Source: the human T2T-CHM13v2.0 reference genome, Homo sapiens. Taken from it: a stretch of DNA of 64,000 nucleotides. The stretch lies in the NCBI RefSeq assembly GCF_009914755.1, contig NC_060925.1; one strand, written 5' to 3'. Shown here one piece after another: positions 1 through 13,126 of the stretch; position 1 is the stretch's first letter; each line of letters starts with the position of its first letter. The notes beneath the pieces are model-generated. The model made no database searches. It was not told the origin of the DNA and saw nothing but the letters and a program-made list of their open reading frames with translations. The position numbers were made by a program, and so were the translations under genes.

Positions 1-919
1 TTTCCTTCTAACGGTCAGGACCCTCAGCTGCAGGTTTGTTGGAGTTTGCTGGAGGTCCACTCCAGACCCTGTTTGCCTGGGTATCACCAGCTGAGGCTAC
101 ACAACAACAAATATTTCAGAACAGCAAATGTTGCTGTCTGATCCTTCCTCTGGAAGCTTCATCTCAGAGGGGCACCCAGTCATATGAGGTGTCAGTTGAC
201 CCCTACTGGGATGTGCCTCCCAGTTAGGCTACTCGGGGGTCAGGGACCCACTTGAGGAGGCGGTCTGTCCATTCTCAGATCTCCAACTCTGTGCTGGGAG
301 AAGCACTACTCTCTTCAAAGCTGTCAGACAGGGGCGTTTAAGTCTGCAGAAGTTTCTGCTGCCTTTTGTTCAGCTATGCCCTGCCACCAGAGGTGGAGTC
401 TACAGAGGCAGGCAGGCCTTCTTGAGCTGCGGTGGGCTCCACCCAGTTCGAGCTTCCTGGCCGATTTGTTTACCTACTCAAGCCTCAGCAGTGGCAGACA
501 CCCCTCCCCCAGCCTCACTGCTGCCTTGCAGTTCGATCTCAGACTGCTGTGCTAGCAGTGAGCGAGGCTCCGTGGGTGTGGGACCCTCCGAGCCAGGCAT
601 GGGATATAATCTCCTGGTGTGCCGTTTGCTAAGACCATTGGAAAAGTGCAGTATTAGGGTGGGAGTGTCCCGATTTTCCAGGTACTGTCTATCACAGCTT
701 CCCTTGGCTAGGAAAGGGAATTCCCCGACCCCTTGTGCTTCCCAGGTGAGGCGATGCCCCACCCTGCTTCAGCTCATGGTCCGTGGGCTGCTCCCACTGT
801 CTGACAAGCCCCAGTGAGATGAACCTGGTACCTCAGTTGGAAATGCAGAAATCACCCGTCTTCTGCGTCGCTCATGCTGGGAGCTGTAGACTGGAGCTGT
901 TCCTATTCAGCCATCTTGG
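1..919 (-). mobile_element. L1PA 5'UTR (element continues left of the window; same sense as RGS7)
   Basis: Ends in gagctgttcctattcagccatcttgg, the reverse complement of the L1 5' terminus CCAAGATGGCTGAATAGGAACAGCTC (YY1 core). The + strand encodes ORF0-like PPPASLLPCSSISDCCASS. Confidence 0.93.
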
Positions 920-995
920 AACAAGAACCAAAACTCTTTTCTTTATAAATTACCCAGTCTCAGGTATTTACAGCAATGCAAGAATAACCTACCAC
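920..995 (+). mobile_element. MST/MaLR LTR 3' remnant, apparently interrupted by the L1PA
   Basis: ctcttttctttataaattacccagtctcaggtatt...agcaatgcaagaa is the MST/THE1 LTR 3' end. Confidence 0.7.
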
Positions 996-2087
996 ACCAC
1001 GTATTCCAAGGGCTCGAAAGCCTGAACCCAGTTTTTATGTTTATTTATTGGCTTGGTGATTCCTGACATCATACTTACGCATAGCACAGGCTTGGGGTTT
1101 TACTTCTTCTAAGATACTAACTTGTTTCTCTTTCCACTTCCTTATTGCTTCCCTGGGTTGGTTGGCATAGTTATAATGGCTTGACGTTGAGGTCCTGTCT
1201 TTCTTCTGGGGTCTCAGTCACTACTCCTCACTACGTATGGTCTCCAAGTCATGTTCACTGTCACTTTGGGAGCATTACTCCTCATTCCCACTCCTAGTGG
1301 AATATTAAATCCAGTATTCTCCCAGACCTCTGCAGGCTTTCAAACTTATCACTCTTCATTTAAATTCATTCTTCGTTTCTCACATCTAGTTATATATTTT
1401 CTCTGATACACCTAGTAATGTATTGTTACATTTTTAGCTACCATTTCTTTGTGTCTAAAGAAATAGGGCATTTGTTTTAGTTCTGACAACCCTTTATGTT
1501 AAGGGTCAATAGAGCCATCGAAATGTTTTTCTCTCCAGATTTTATTCATCAGAAAGGCTGCTTTCCTTTAGGAAGTTGTCCCACAAAATGGTTTCCATAA
1601 ATTCAATCAATTGGTAAGACAGAAGGTCTCAGTTGAAAACTATTTCAAATGCAAACTACTAAAAACATCAGGGAGGTAAAAATCTAATGTTTCTTGTCAA
1701 CTATATAGAAAAATATGTTTTTGTAAACAATTGGTTGAGTTTAAACTACAAAAAACTACAAATAAGAAGCATTACAACTATTTAGACATATCTCTACTTA
1801 CTATAGAACCTTTGCTGTGAAGAGCTAATCTCATGGTAATATTTTGCCAAGATGATGAAATAAAATGTTAACTTAAAATAAATATATTTTATTTGGCTAC
1901 CATTGTTATTTCTCTTTTTTTCTGGAGTACACTATCATTACATTTCTTTGCACCTTTAACAGGGAAATTTTAGGACATGATTATATGCATGAGCCCTGGG
2001 TCACATTTTAAGCCACAAAACCAGAAAGACAAGATGTTTCTAATGTTTGATGCTGTCCCTTCTATTCAACTGCCATATATGCTCATA

Positions 2088-2145
2088 TATTTTAATTTTT
2101 TAAAAATAGAGACAAACTTCCACTATGTTGCCCAGGCTGGTCTTT
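2088..2145 (-). mobile_element. Alu/FLAM fragment
   Basis: tagagac...cactatgttgcccaggctggtct preceded by a T-rich tail. Confidence 0.6.
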
Positions 2146-2720
2146 AAGTCAGACAAATGCAATTACTTGATTCCAAGATGGTAGATTACTGGTTTGTTTA
2201 CAATAGAGAGAAACTAGGAAACAAAACTAAATATTTAAACAACTATGGGACATCTAAATGACAGAACGTTATGCAACTATTAAAACAATGTTTTTGTAGA
2301 GAATTAAATGATATTAGTAACTTATCATAACATAATATCAAGCAAATAATAGGACATACAATTGTATTTTGAAGAATATGTATATGTGTTTAAAAGTAGC
2401 AAAATGCAACATAGTATAATTTTAGAAATGCTAATAATTCCTAGGTCATTTTAGGTTGCCTTGTGTTATCTTGTATTTTCTTTCCATACTTTGAAAGTTT
2501 TCTACAGGGAATAAAAATTACTTTTATAATAAAAATCCAAGAAAAACATATTGGTGTTCTGATAGCAAAGTTTAAATAATCATGAAGGCAGAGTTCAGAC
2601 TTTTCAAGACCATGCTGCACAGAATTATGAGTGACAACAACATGGGTTATGCCACAAAGAATCAGCTGTCAAAAAGAAGAGGAAACAAATATATCAAAGT
2701 AGGCCAGAAAATTTGCTCAT

Positions 2721-2931
2721 CAGTGCTGTCTGCTAGAACTTTCTGTGATAACAGAAATGTGGTATGTCTGTGCTGTCCAATATGATAGCCATTAGCCACA
2801 TGTGGCTACAGAGCACTTGAAATGTGACTAGGAGATGAAGGAACAGAATTTTTAATTTAATTTAAGTGATATTTAAATTTTTTAATTTAAATAGTCATAT
2901 GTAATTAATGGCTTCCATGTTGGACAGCACA
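2721..2931 (+). mobile_element. MER3-like hAT DNA transposon relic
   Basis: cagtgctgtc...tagccacatgtggcta...ttggacagcac; terminal inverted repeats and an internal palindrome. Confidence 0.8.
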
Positions 2932-3128
2932 AATCTCCTTCGTCACTTAAGGGTTATTGCCTATTCATTAGTGGGAAGAATAATATATTTATATCAATGA
3001 TATGTTAATTATATATTAAAAATAAATAATTATAGATAATTATAGTTGGCAGAACTGGCCTAGTTATTTTCCCCACAACAATGCTGATCTTCCTATGATG
3101 AGTCCAAGATTTTGCAACATTTGGCTTT

Positions 3129-3549
3129 TGCTATGGTTTGGATATCTGACCCCTCCAAGCCTCATGTTGAAATCTGATCCCCATGATGGTGGTGGGGCCT
3201 AATGGGAGGTGTTTGGGTCATGGGTACAGATCCCTCACGAATGGCTTGGTGCCATCCTAGTGGTAATGAGTGAATTCTCTTTTTAGCAACCATAAGAGCT
3301 GGTTGTTAAAAAGAGCCTTGCACTTTCCCACCTCACTTGTGCTTCCTCTCTTGCAATGTGATCTCTGCACGTCAGCTCTCCTTCACCTTCTCCCATGAGA
3401 GGAAGCAGCCTGAGGGCCTCACCAGAAGCAGGTGCTGGTGCCATGCTTCTTGTACAGTCTGCAGAACTGTGAGCCAAATAAACCTCTTTTGTTTATAAAT
3501 TACCCAGAGTCCGCTATTCCTTCCTAGCAACACTAAATGAACTAAGATA
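3129..3549 (+). mobile_element. MST-family (MaLR) solo LTR
   Basis: tgctatggtttgg...aataaacctc...actaagata; 5-bp TSD GCTTT at 3124-3128 and 3550-3554. Confidence 0.88.
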
Positions 3550-4999
3550 GCTTTTAATTACAACGGTGGCATCTGTTACTACTCTGCATTCTCATCTTCA
3601 TTCCAGGTAAGTAAATTTTAAGTTTTGGCTTCTCTTAGTTCCAAGACACAACATAAGTCATTCCCTGTTTTTGGGAGGAGAGAGTCAGGATGGAGAAAAG
3701 AATAAAATTTATTGAAAATTTAAAATTAAGATAATTAACTATGTGAACTAAAAGTGAGTAATATAATACCTTCTCCCAGAAAAGATCAGGACGGGAGTGT
3801 TACAAAGCTTTGACATTTCTTAAAGTGCACTCTGCTGCATTTTGTGTGTGGTCTATGTGTAATAGCTCATCTTCAACACACACATACAAACACACACTCA
3901 AGTGTGAGAATAAAATTAACTTATTTTCTTATGTAATTTTGGAGTAAGTTTATTTAGAGTCATATGTTTTGTATTTTTATTGAAATATATGCTTGTTACC
4001 TGCAGTTTTGTAAAAGGATAGCATTTATTCTCTCTCTCTTCCTTCCTCTGTCTCTCTCAAATTGCCCAGAGGGATTAATCAACAGAAATCTAAATTTTAG
4101 AAAACCTGCTTTAAAAGAGTACTTGTTCTCTATTTTGAGTTTATGGGACAAATGAAACTGTTCTTTCAATGGGTGTTGGCAAAGAAGGTCTGGAAAAGTT
4201 TATATGAATTGCCAAGCATGGAATATTGATCATTAGCCAATCAAGCTGGATGATACTGGACATTATACTTAGTCCACAGAAGAATAATATAGGTATATGG
4301 ATATAAACATATTTTTAAAATGTTGAATAAGGGACAGTTCAGATCTTTTTCAATTTCAGTTCATAATGCATGGTATTTTCAATGCTCCATGCATGGCTAA
4401 ATACACAAACATCATAAATGATTCTAAAGCATGATAGGGTGCTTGCCCTTAAAAATTACCAGTAGCTAACACTTTTGCCAGTTCAGGGTACAAAAAAAAT
4501 AAAGACCAGGAGATGCTAAAATGATCCATATCACTATGGTTATAAACTTTGAAACTTACAATGCACACCTTAAAATCAAAGTTTCCAAGGAAACCAATGA
4601 ATATATTTTAAGACAAGAATAATATGATTTGCAAATCAAAATCCATTTAAGACTGTTGCCACAGCACTATGTGTTGATTGGTGCTTGCCATATTTTTTTA
4701 GGAAGTCAGAAAAAAAAATCTTATGTTCCATGAATCCAGCAATAACTAAGACTGCAACCCTGATTTTCTTACCCGTCTGCCTTGTTAACATGATATATGT
4801 CAAACATAATGAAGAATATGTAAAAGAACCCTTGTTACCAACAAAGATTTTGCAATATCTTCAATACAGAGAATAGAAGAACCAGAAAGAAGCAGCGACA
4901 GGTAGGCGGAGAGAGGAAGGGAGGAAACTACTGACTGAGTAACCATGTATGATTGGGAATAAAATGGGATCTCAAAATCAGATTCCATTTTGCACCCAA

Positions 5000-5112
5000 C
5001 CACAACTGAGAAAACTGAGGCTCAAAAAAGTGAAGTCATTGACACAAGGTGTTGACTATTAATTGCTGAGTCAGGATATGAAGCCCAGTTAGTCTGATTC
5101 CAAAACTTATAT
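5000..5112 (-). mobile_element. MIR fragment
   Basis: gagaaaactgaggctca...gtgaagtcattg...tctgattccaaaac resembles the MIR core. Confidence 0.6.
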
Positions 5113-6849
5113 TCTTCCTGGTGGATCAGACAGAAGGAATGGGAAAATGCAATGCACTCAGGGTGCTCAGTGGAAGCGTTGGAGTGTGGAGTTCAAGTCC
5201 TGAGCGAATGTATTCCTGGATAAAGAATTAGTCATCAGGGGAAGGTCATGCTGGAGCTACGCTGAAGGGTAAAGTTTGTTTTTGGACTCTACCTGTTTCC
5301 TCTCCTTGGCTCTAAGATGACATGCACCAGGGATCTCACCTCTAATCCCGCCATTGCATGAAGAGAATGCCTTGCACATGACTAGATGCTCAACAAGTAT
5401 TTGTAAATGTGCATCTTAAAAATTGGTCATGTCAGTTACGATGTGAAATTCACCAGTGAAAATGCTAGCTGGGGCTTTGAACCTGGAGCTACTAATTTCC
5501 CAGGTTCCATCTCATACCATCTGCCCGGCATAGTCCTACCACCCATATTGCCACACTGGTTTTAGCAGGGCAATCCTCTGAAAGTATTTTTGCTACAGTG
5601 GCTTGAGGCATAGTAATACTAGATGGAGACTAGGAACTCTAAGCAAATATCTATAAAGTTCACAACAAGGCTGTGTTGATCACTCTGGAAAGAGGTGGTG
5701 AAACGATTCTCTTTGATGACTCCTCCTGTGTCTGCGTATCTGTGCTTTGGATAGCCCACACAGGTACATCATTAAATGCCCTCCCAGGGTACTGCACCAG
5801 CCTTTGAGCAGGATTTAACCTTCAGAGTGCACTCAGCAATTGCAAAGTAGTGTGCTGGTGACTCCATTCCCAGACGTCCCTCTTGACACACTGAACTCTA
5901 GAGTGTTTCATCTCGTGGTATGAACCAAGAATTGGAACAGTCACTTGGGCAGAGGGATTCTAGGTCCTCCGTATAACCTAAGCAAAGACATTTTTCTTTT
6001 CCAAGCTAGAAAAACATGCCTAAAACAGAAATAAGTATAAGCAGTCTTTGCAAGCCTTACCATTTCTACCTCCCTCTGGGGAATCCAACCTGTGGTATAG
6101 CACTGGACCTGGACAAATAGCACAGTGATCTACTAGGAGTACAATGTGTTATCACTGTTGCTTTTATTATAACAGCTGGCAGCTGGCCAAAGCTTTGCAA
6201 AGAAACCAGAAAGCAACAGCAGGGCACTGGGCTGCCTTAGAAAAACATTTCTTGGCTCAAAGAGGAGCCTCTTTAACAAGAACCCAACACCTCAAACCTA
6301 GCAAAAAAGCATAGCTCAGGTCAATCACATAAAACACAGCTTCACAAAATCTGTCCCATAACAAAGCTAGAAATACAATGGTGTAATAAATTTGGTATAC
6401 CTAAGAGCCTGAGAAAAGGTACAGCTGCTTAAGAATAAGTTATAGAAAATCTTTGTTAAATACTCTAGGGAAGGATTCAGGCATCTTCCTACTTATCTAA
6501 CTTTTTAGTGTATTCTAAACTTGGCCAGGAAGGAGAGGTGTGATCTTGGCTTGGTGATTCCTGTAGATCTCCGGACTTTGGCTGCCTCACCTTTACCTGA
6601 AACTGTTGAATGGGATGCTAGATTCCCTCCAGCTCTGACATTCCATGACTAAAGAAAGTCAAGGTTTAACACTGACCTTGACATCCTGGGGCAATGGAGA
6701 GTTTTAGTGTATGCAATTGTCATGCCTGAAAAAATGTCAAAACATGGTTAGGGTTCCTCTCCTTGTTCAGGAGAATAAAATAGTATATTTTAAATATGCT
6801 AGTATAAATCTTATAAATAAAATAGTATAAATCTCCCTTCTGTTAAGAG

Positions 6850-6976
6850 AATGTAGAAATAAAATAAATAAAATACTAAATACTAAATAGTATTAGTATA
6901 GTAAATAGAAATAAAATAAATAAAATACTAAATCGTAGAAATAAAATACTAAATACTAAAATAATAAAATACTAAA
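6850..6976. repeat. AT-rich degenerate tandem repeat
   Basis: Recurring unit (G)TAGAAATAAAATAAATAAAATACTAAAT, about 3-4 copies. Confidence 0.75.
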
Positions 6977-7589
6977 GTTTGCTCAAGGAAAAGATGAAGT
7001 TAGATATGTGTTTCCTTTTAAGGAGGTTTTCATGAAAGAATTTTTTTTGGCAGATCACTTGAGCTTAAAAGGAGTATTGTTGTTTCAGAAATAGCACAAA
7101 AAGCTGTTCCCCAACAAGGGATGCAGCAGAGGCAGAATGTTTACCACCTAGGGTGTTAGTGAAAGGCCCTGTCTCTAAACATCCCACGTTGAGATAACTT
7201 CAATGTTTGATCAAAAAGTAAATCTTATCCCGTAATAAGTGAGCAACGTTCTGTTTCCCCTCACCCCTCAATATTGAAGCAATGACAAGATAAGTCCTCT
7301 CCTGTAGACACATTTACCAACCAAGTGAAACATGGCGTCTTGTCGGCCTTAACCGCTAGACTTGAGAGAATGGAATTTTCATGAAATAAGAGTGCCGATC
7401 CATAAAATACATGCCATTCGTTTTGATTTAAATTATAAACAATCTTATCCATGGTCTTCTTTTATTTTTATTTTTTAATTTTCCCTTCCATTCTTTGATT
7501 TTTAAGGAGTCTCCTTACAAAGTCAGAACAGTTTTTGTTTTTACCATAGCCACCATGGTTAACTTTTTCTTTAGAAAAATGTTCAGTGA

Positions 7590-7871
7590 TATCCAAGGGC
7601 AGAAAACCAAACACCACATGTTCTCACTCGTAGGTGGGAACTGAACAATGAGAACACTTGGACACAGGGCGAGGAACATCACACACCGGGGCCTGTCGTG
7701 GGGTGGGGGGAGGGGGGAGGGATAGCATTAGGAGAGATACCTAATGTAAACGACGAGTTAATGGGTGCAGTGAACCAACATGGCACATGTATACATATGT
7801 AACAAACCTGCACATTGTGCACAAGTACCTTAGAACTTAAAGCATAATAAAAATTAAATTAAATTAAAAAA
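7590..7871 (+). mobile_element. 5'-truncated L1PA 3' end
   Basis: catgttctcactcgtaggtgggaac, G-rich tract and A-rich tail; 17-bp TSD with 2 mismatches (7573-7589, 7872-7888). Confidence 0.92.
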
Positions 7872-7899
7872 AGAAAAATTTTCAATGAAACAAATGCAC

Positions 7900-8030
7900 T
7901 TCCTGAAGTTACTAAGCCTACACAAATGAATGAATGAACGAATGTCTTTCCTGTAGTTCTTAAGCCCACAAGAACAAATGAATGAATGAATCAATCAATC
8001 AACGTCTTTCCTATAGTTGTTAAGCCTACA
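7900..8030. repeat. three imperfect 23-bp direct repeats separated by (GAAT)n/(CAAT)n
   Basis: TTCCTRWAGTTVYTAAGCCYACA at 7900-7922, 7948-7970 and 8008-8030. Confidence 0.8.
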
Positions 8031-9796
8031 TTTACGTAAAGGGGAGTTGCTCTTACACTGACACTGTCAAAACCCTCTACCTCCCTTCCACTCCCTCCCT
8101 GCCAGGTAAAAGCTCCACCTAAGATAGAAGGCAACCCAGGTTCCAAAGTAATTCCTCCCTCACCTGTGAATGACCAGAATTATTATCCTCTAAGTGCTTC
8201 TATTGTCACTTGAAAAAGGTACCTGCTTACCTGATTCAATTAATTCACAAGAAAACTAGGAGGACCGCTTGGTTTACCCAAGGAATTGGGACTAGGAAAG
8301 TTTGTTAATGTGAACAAGCCACCTAAATCTGTGATTCTCAAAGAAAGACCTGAATTCCATTGCTCTGAGGACTAGAAAACAGCCCAGGGCTGCAAGTGTT
8401 TCCTTCAGGTTGCAGGGAAACAACATGCAAAAAGGTTATGCTAACATTTGGAACGCACGAACTAAATTTGCTTGTTAATAAAATTTCCTGAGACCTCTAA
8501 TTCGGACTTTCCTAGAAAGTCTGCCTGTCACATCATACGCAGCAGAATCACAAAGTTGTGAATGCACACGTCCTTGGATAATTGGGATTCCAGTAATTTT
8601 CCATTCCAAGAGGATGTTTTATTACTGCTCCTCAGTGTTCTGAGTTGGTCATGATTTTCAGAGACTGATGTTTATGAATTTAAGTTGAAAATTTATGTTT
8701 ATGTTATCCTCATCAATTTAGTTTGTTATAAGTTGTTTGGTGAATCCCATACAGTGCAATGAAGCATATTTGCATCAATGACATTTCTAGACTATAAACT
8801 TCCAATTATTTCACCAATAAAATATGTATACTTTACAGTACAAATGCGAGTTATCCATACCCCATCTTCTGAAACAAATATGTCTGTTTTCCTTGTATAT
8901 TCCCACCCCTAGTCTACAATTTTGCCTATATAGTGTCACTTTATTATTATCGTTAAGTTATTTTTCTACCTATAACTTACCTAGAGTAAGATAACACAGC
9001 CATGGAATCTTTTACCCTACCTAAATGTGTCATAACAAGATGTCTTTGAAACTCAGCTCTAAATGCTAGCATGGATGGAAAACTATGGTTCCATTTGCAA
9101 GGCTGGCTTACAGAGCACAAGGAGATACAGTTATGAAAGGGCTGGACTACGACAGAAGTAGTAGGCCAATAGATCTATATAGTCAGCTTTTTGTCATGTA
9201 ATTTATTAACTATGACACAAATGCATTTAAGAATATCAAGTATTTCTCTGGCTCTTGACACAGTTGACTTAACCTTTTGCTGTCTAAGGAACTGAGGCTT
9301 TCCTGTTCTGGGTGCTACTGGCAAATGTTCTAGTACTTGAAGTCGGGATGCACAGCTTCAACCACTGACTTATCAGTGCAGCCACCTGTGTATTGCAACT
9401 GGCCATTAAATTAAACACCGAGCCACCTGGGTTTAGTTCGGTCACTTCCATAAGTGTATTTAGCATTGGTAGCCCTGCTTTATTAAAGTGCAGCAGACGT
9501 GCTCTTCTGTCCCTTCTGTCCCTTCTGTTTGTGGTTCTTTGGGAAAGTTCTGATATTTGCTTTTGTTTTGTGCTTGCTTTCGTGTTTTTATATCTTGTAT
9601 TTATCCCTGAACATATTTCGAACATTTTTTTAAGGAAAGAAATTCTTTTGTGTATATATAGATACTTGCATGATATACTGTCATCAAGTTTCGGTTCCTC
9701 AAAAGGTCTTGGAGCTGTCAGGTGTGATGTACTCCAACCATCAAAGTTCTGTGGAACACGGTTTGTATGTAAATAAATGTGGGGCGTTTGGCCCTT

Positions 9797-10226
9797 GAAA
9801 CCGGAAGACATTACGGTAGGTGAAATAAGCCAGAAACAGAAAGTTAAATAACGCATGTGCTCATTCATATGTGGAAGCTAAAAAATAGTTGATCTTACAG
9901 AAGCAAAAAGTAGAACAGAGGAAACTAGAGGCTGGGATAGGCAGGAGGAAGAGGGGTTAGGGAGAAATTGGTTAAAGGATAGAAATTTAGAGCTAGAGAG
10001 GAGGAATAAATTCTAGTGTTCTGTAGCACTGTAACATGACTATAGTTAACAATAATGCATGGTTTCAAAGAGCTAGAAAGAGGATACTGAATGTTCCCAG
10101 CACAAAGAAATAATAGTGTTTGAGATAATGAATATGCTAATTACCCTGATCTAATCACCGTATATTATATGTATTGCAACATCACTATGTACCCTATAAA
10201 TACATACAACTATTATGTGTCAATTA
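9797..10226 (+). mobile_element. L1MA-type 3' end
   Basis: ggaagacatta..gtgaaataagccag..catatgtggaagctaaaa..tatgctaattaccctgat; its tail is interrupted by an Alu. Confidence 0.85.
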
Positions 10227-10502
10227 ATTTTTTTTTGAGACAGAGTCTCACTCTGTGGCCCAGGCTGGAGTGCAGTGGTGTCATCTCAGCTCACTGCAAC
10301 CTCCGCCTCCCAGGTTCAAGGGGATTCTCATGCCTCAGCCTCCCAAGTTCCTGGAATTAAAGGTGTGTGCCACACGCCCAACTAATTTTTTTTATTTTTA
10401 GTAGAGATGGGGTTTCTCCATGTTGGTCAGGCCAGGCAATGATCCACCTGCCTCGGCCTCCCAAAGTGCTGGGATTACAGGCCTGAGCCATCATACCTGG
10501 CC
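10227..10502 (-). mobile_element. Alu (S-like) with an internal deletion in the left arm
   Basis: Dimeric Alu; the B-box region tggtctcgaactcctgacc is missing near 10430. Confidence 0.92.
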
Positions 10503-10849
10503 AATTAAAAAAAAATTTTTTTTAAAGAATTCTCTAGTTCATTCCTACTATATTCTGGGCAAAAGCTAAACATCTGTGCCAGACGCATTTATTGTCTTTC
10601 TCTCTCTCAATCTCTCTCCTTTCATTGAAGCTTCCCTTTAATTCCCAAATAAATCCAACTCCCTTCCATATTGAACACCATACCACTGACTCAGCATCAT
10701 TTACATCTTGCAGGGAGGTTCTTTCTCTGTCTTTTTCCCCTTATCTATTCATCCATCCATCCATCTCTTTCTCTCATTTCATTGCCAAATATTTGGGAAA
10801 GCAGTCCAAGGTTACTGCTGCCTTTGCTTCTTCACCTCTCATCCTCTCC

Positions 10850-11135
10850 CTGAAATCTGATCTCCCTACATCTCTCATTTTCTCTCTTGATTCTTCTTCT
10901 GGTGATTTCTTCTTAAATGTTAATGTTCTCTAGGTTCCAACTTGGGCCCTCTTTTTGTCTTAGTCTACATGTCCTCTCTGAATGATCTCATCCACGACCA
11001 TGGCTTTAACTATAACCTGACTCTAGTGATTCAAAAATCTTTCTGTCCAACACCAATCTCTTGTCTTTACTTTAGAATTGGATAGCCACTGCATACTGGG
11101 TGCCTATAGCTAAACATCCAGCTATCTGTAAGTCT
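10850..11135 (+). mobile_element. L2 fragment
   Basis: tgatctcatcca..catggctttaactat..gtgattcaaaaatct resembles the L2 RT region. Confidence 0.6.
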
Positions 11136-11359
11136 TGTAAACACAACAACGGTATGGAAATCCAACTGAAAAACACTCATGCCCAGTGGACCATGAATTT
11201 AAGGCAAGTCTGATGGTGTGAGAAAAGCATAAAACCCAGTCAGAAACCTTGGGTTCCAATCCCAGCTCAATTGTTTTTAGTCATAGGGCAGGTCCTCTAT
11301 CTATCTGACTGTGATTTTTCACTTGTAGAGTATGGCTTACTGTACTTTAAAGATTTTCT

Positions 11360-11694
<335 letters not shown>

Positions 11695-13064
11695 TTAAAT
11701 CAGATAATGTATGTAAAGGTGTGATGTAAGCTGGTAAGTGTTATTCCAATTTCTGATATGCTATTATTTAAAATGTAGTTGGACAAGCAGGAGTAACATT
11801 TAAAATGAGACAAAAAGTACAAGCCACCAGAAATGCAAATATCAAATTAATTTGTCCCAGTAAACTAAATATAAATAGTTTTTACACTTTAATGTACATC
11901 TGAAAGAGCTTATTAATAATGTCAATGCTTGAGCTACAGCCCAGATTTAATTGGTTGGGAAAGAGGTCAGTAATCTTTACTTCAAAATCATTCCAATTGT
12001 CACAGGCAAGTCAGGGCCACACTTCAAGAAATAGTGAAATATAATGCACTTGAGGGATGGTCAATCCTCAAAATATTCTAAAGACTTGTAAAGGCTTCAG
12101 AACTAGTTCCTTCTTGAGAAGCACATTGCTTCTTTTGCTGAGTTCAAATTGTAATGAATTTCAAGGCTTCCAATTCTGGGCTTCTTACATAAAGCAATCA
12201 TTCCTTCCTCACTCCCAACACAAACACATAATTTTTAATATATAAATAAATATATATATTTACATTTGCATATTCTGTTTTCATTAATGGAATTTTTTTC
12301 CTGTATACTACATGAGTAATAATGTAAAGACACGAAATAAAACAGACACTAATTAGGCATGTTTGAACATCTGTTGCTACCAAACATTTTCTATTTCTCT
12401 TTTCATATCTCTGCTGATGGGTTTAGATGAAAAGACTACAAGCCTGCATACTTACAGGGAGGAAGGAGCCAAACTGGAAAACCAGTAGCACAGGTCGGTA
12501 GGAATTAATCTCAGCAGGCTCGCTTCAGCATTCGGAGACACAACCAGCAAAACACTTCCAAGCTGGTGGCTCAGTTAATATGTGAAGCTATTTTTAGTAC
12601 AACAGAGAGCATTTCTAGAGATTGAGATTATAAACCAGGGATACATCCCAAACATATTAATATGGTTTTAATTTTATTTTACAGATACCATGTTTCAGAA
12701 TATTTTAATCTCCATGTGAATAATTGTTTTTATTTTGTATGTATGCATGATGTAAGTATGCATACAGTACATTTATATGCACGAGCATTATTCATATACA
12801 TGCATACCTACATGTAAAAATCTGGGTAAGAGAGTAAATCAGATGTTTTAGTCCTTGTATATATAAGGTAAAAGCCAGACCTTTTAATGACTTACACATT
12901 TGATCAGGAAGTTTTGTGTTTTGAAATGACAAAAACTTGGAATATTTTCGAAAGGAGTAGAATACTTTCGGCCATAATTTTCATTTTTAAGATGCCTTAA
13001 ATGTTTTAGTTCCTTTTAATAAATAATCTTACACAATGAGTTGGTTCTCACTGTCGTATTAGGT

Positions 13065-13126
13065 AAATGGGTTTTGTTGTTGTTCGTTTTTGCTAAAATG
13101 GGTTTTGTTGTTTTTTGTTTTTGCTA
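13065..13126. repeat. 31-bp tandem duplication
   Basis: AAATGGGTTTTGTTGTT(G/T)TT(C/T)GTTTTTGCTA twice, with 2 mismatches. Confidence 0.85.

Noticed and set aside
7699-7722. G-quadruplex-forming tract
   Set aside because: Ordinary consensus feature of L1PA 3'UTRs.
7900-8030. CRISPR-like array
   Set aside because: Primate intron, only three diverged repeats, spacers are related microsatellites, no cas genes.
9284-9868. Longest ORF in the track (194 aa, minus) and the overlapping 127-aa plus ORF as novel genes
   Set aside because: The minus ORF starts inside antisense L1 sequence, neither has a recognisable domain, and the region reads better as a 3'UTR-like segment.
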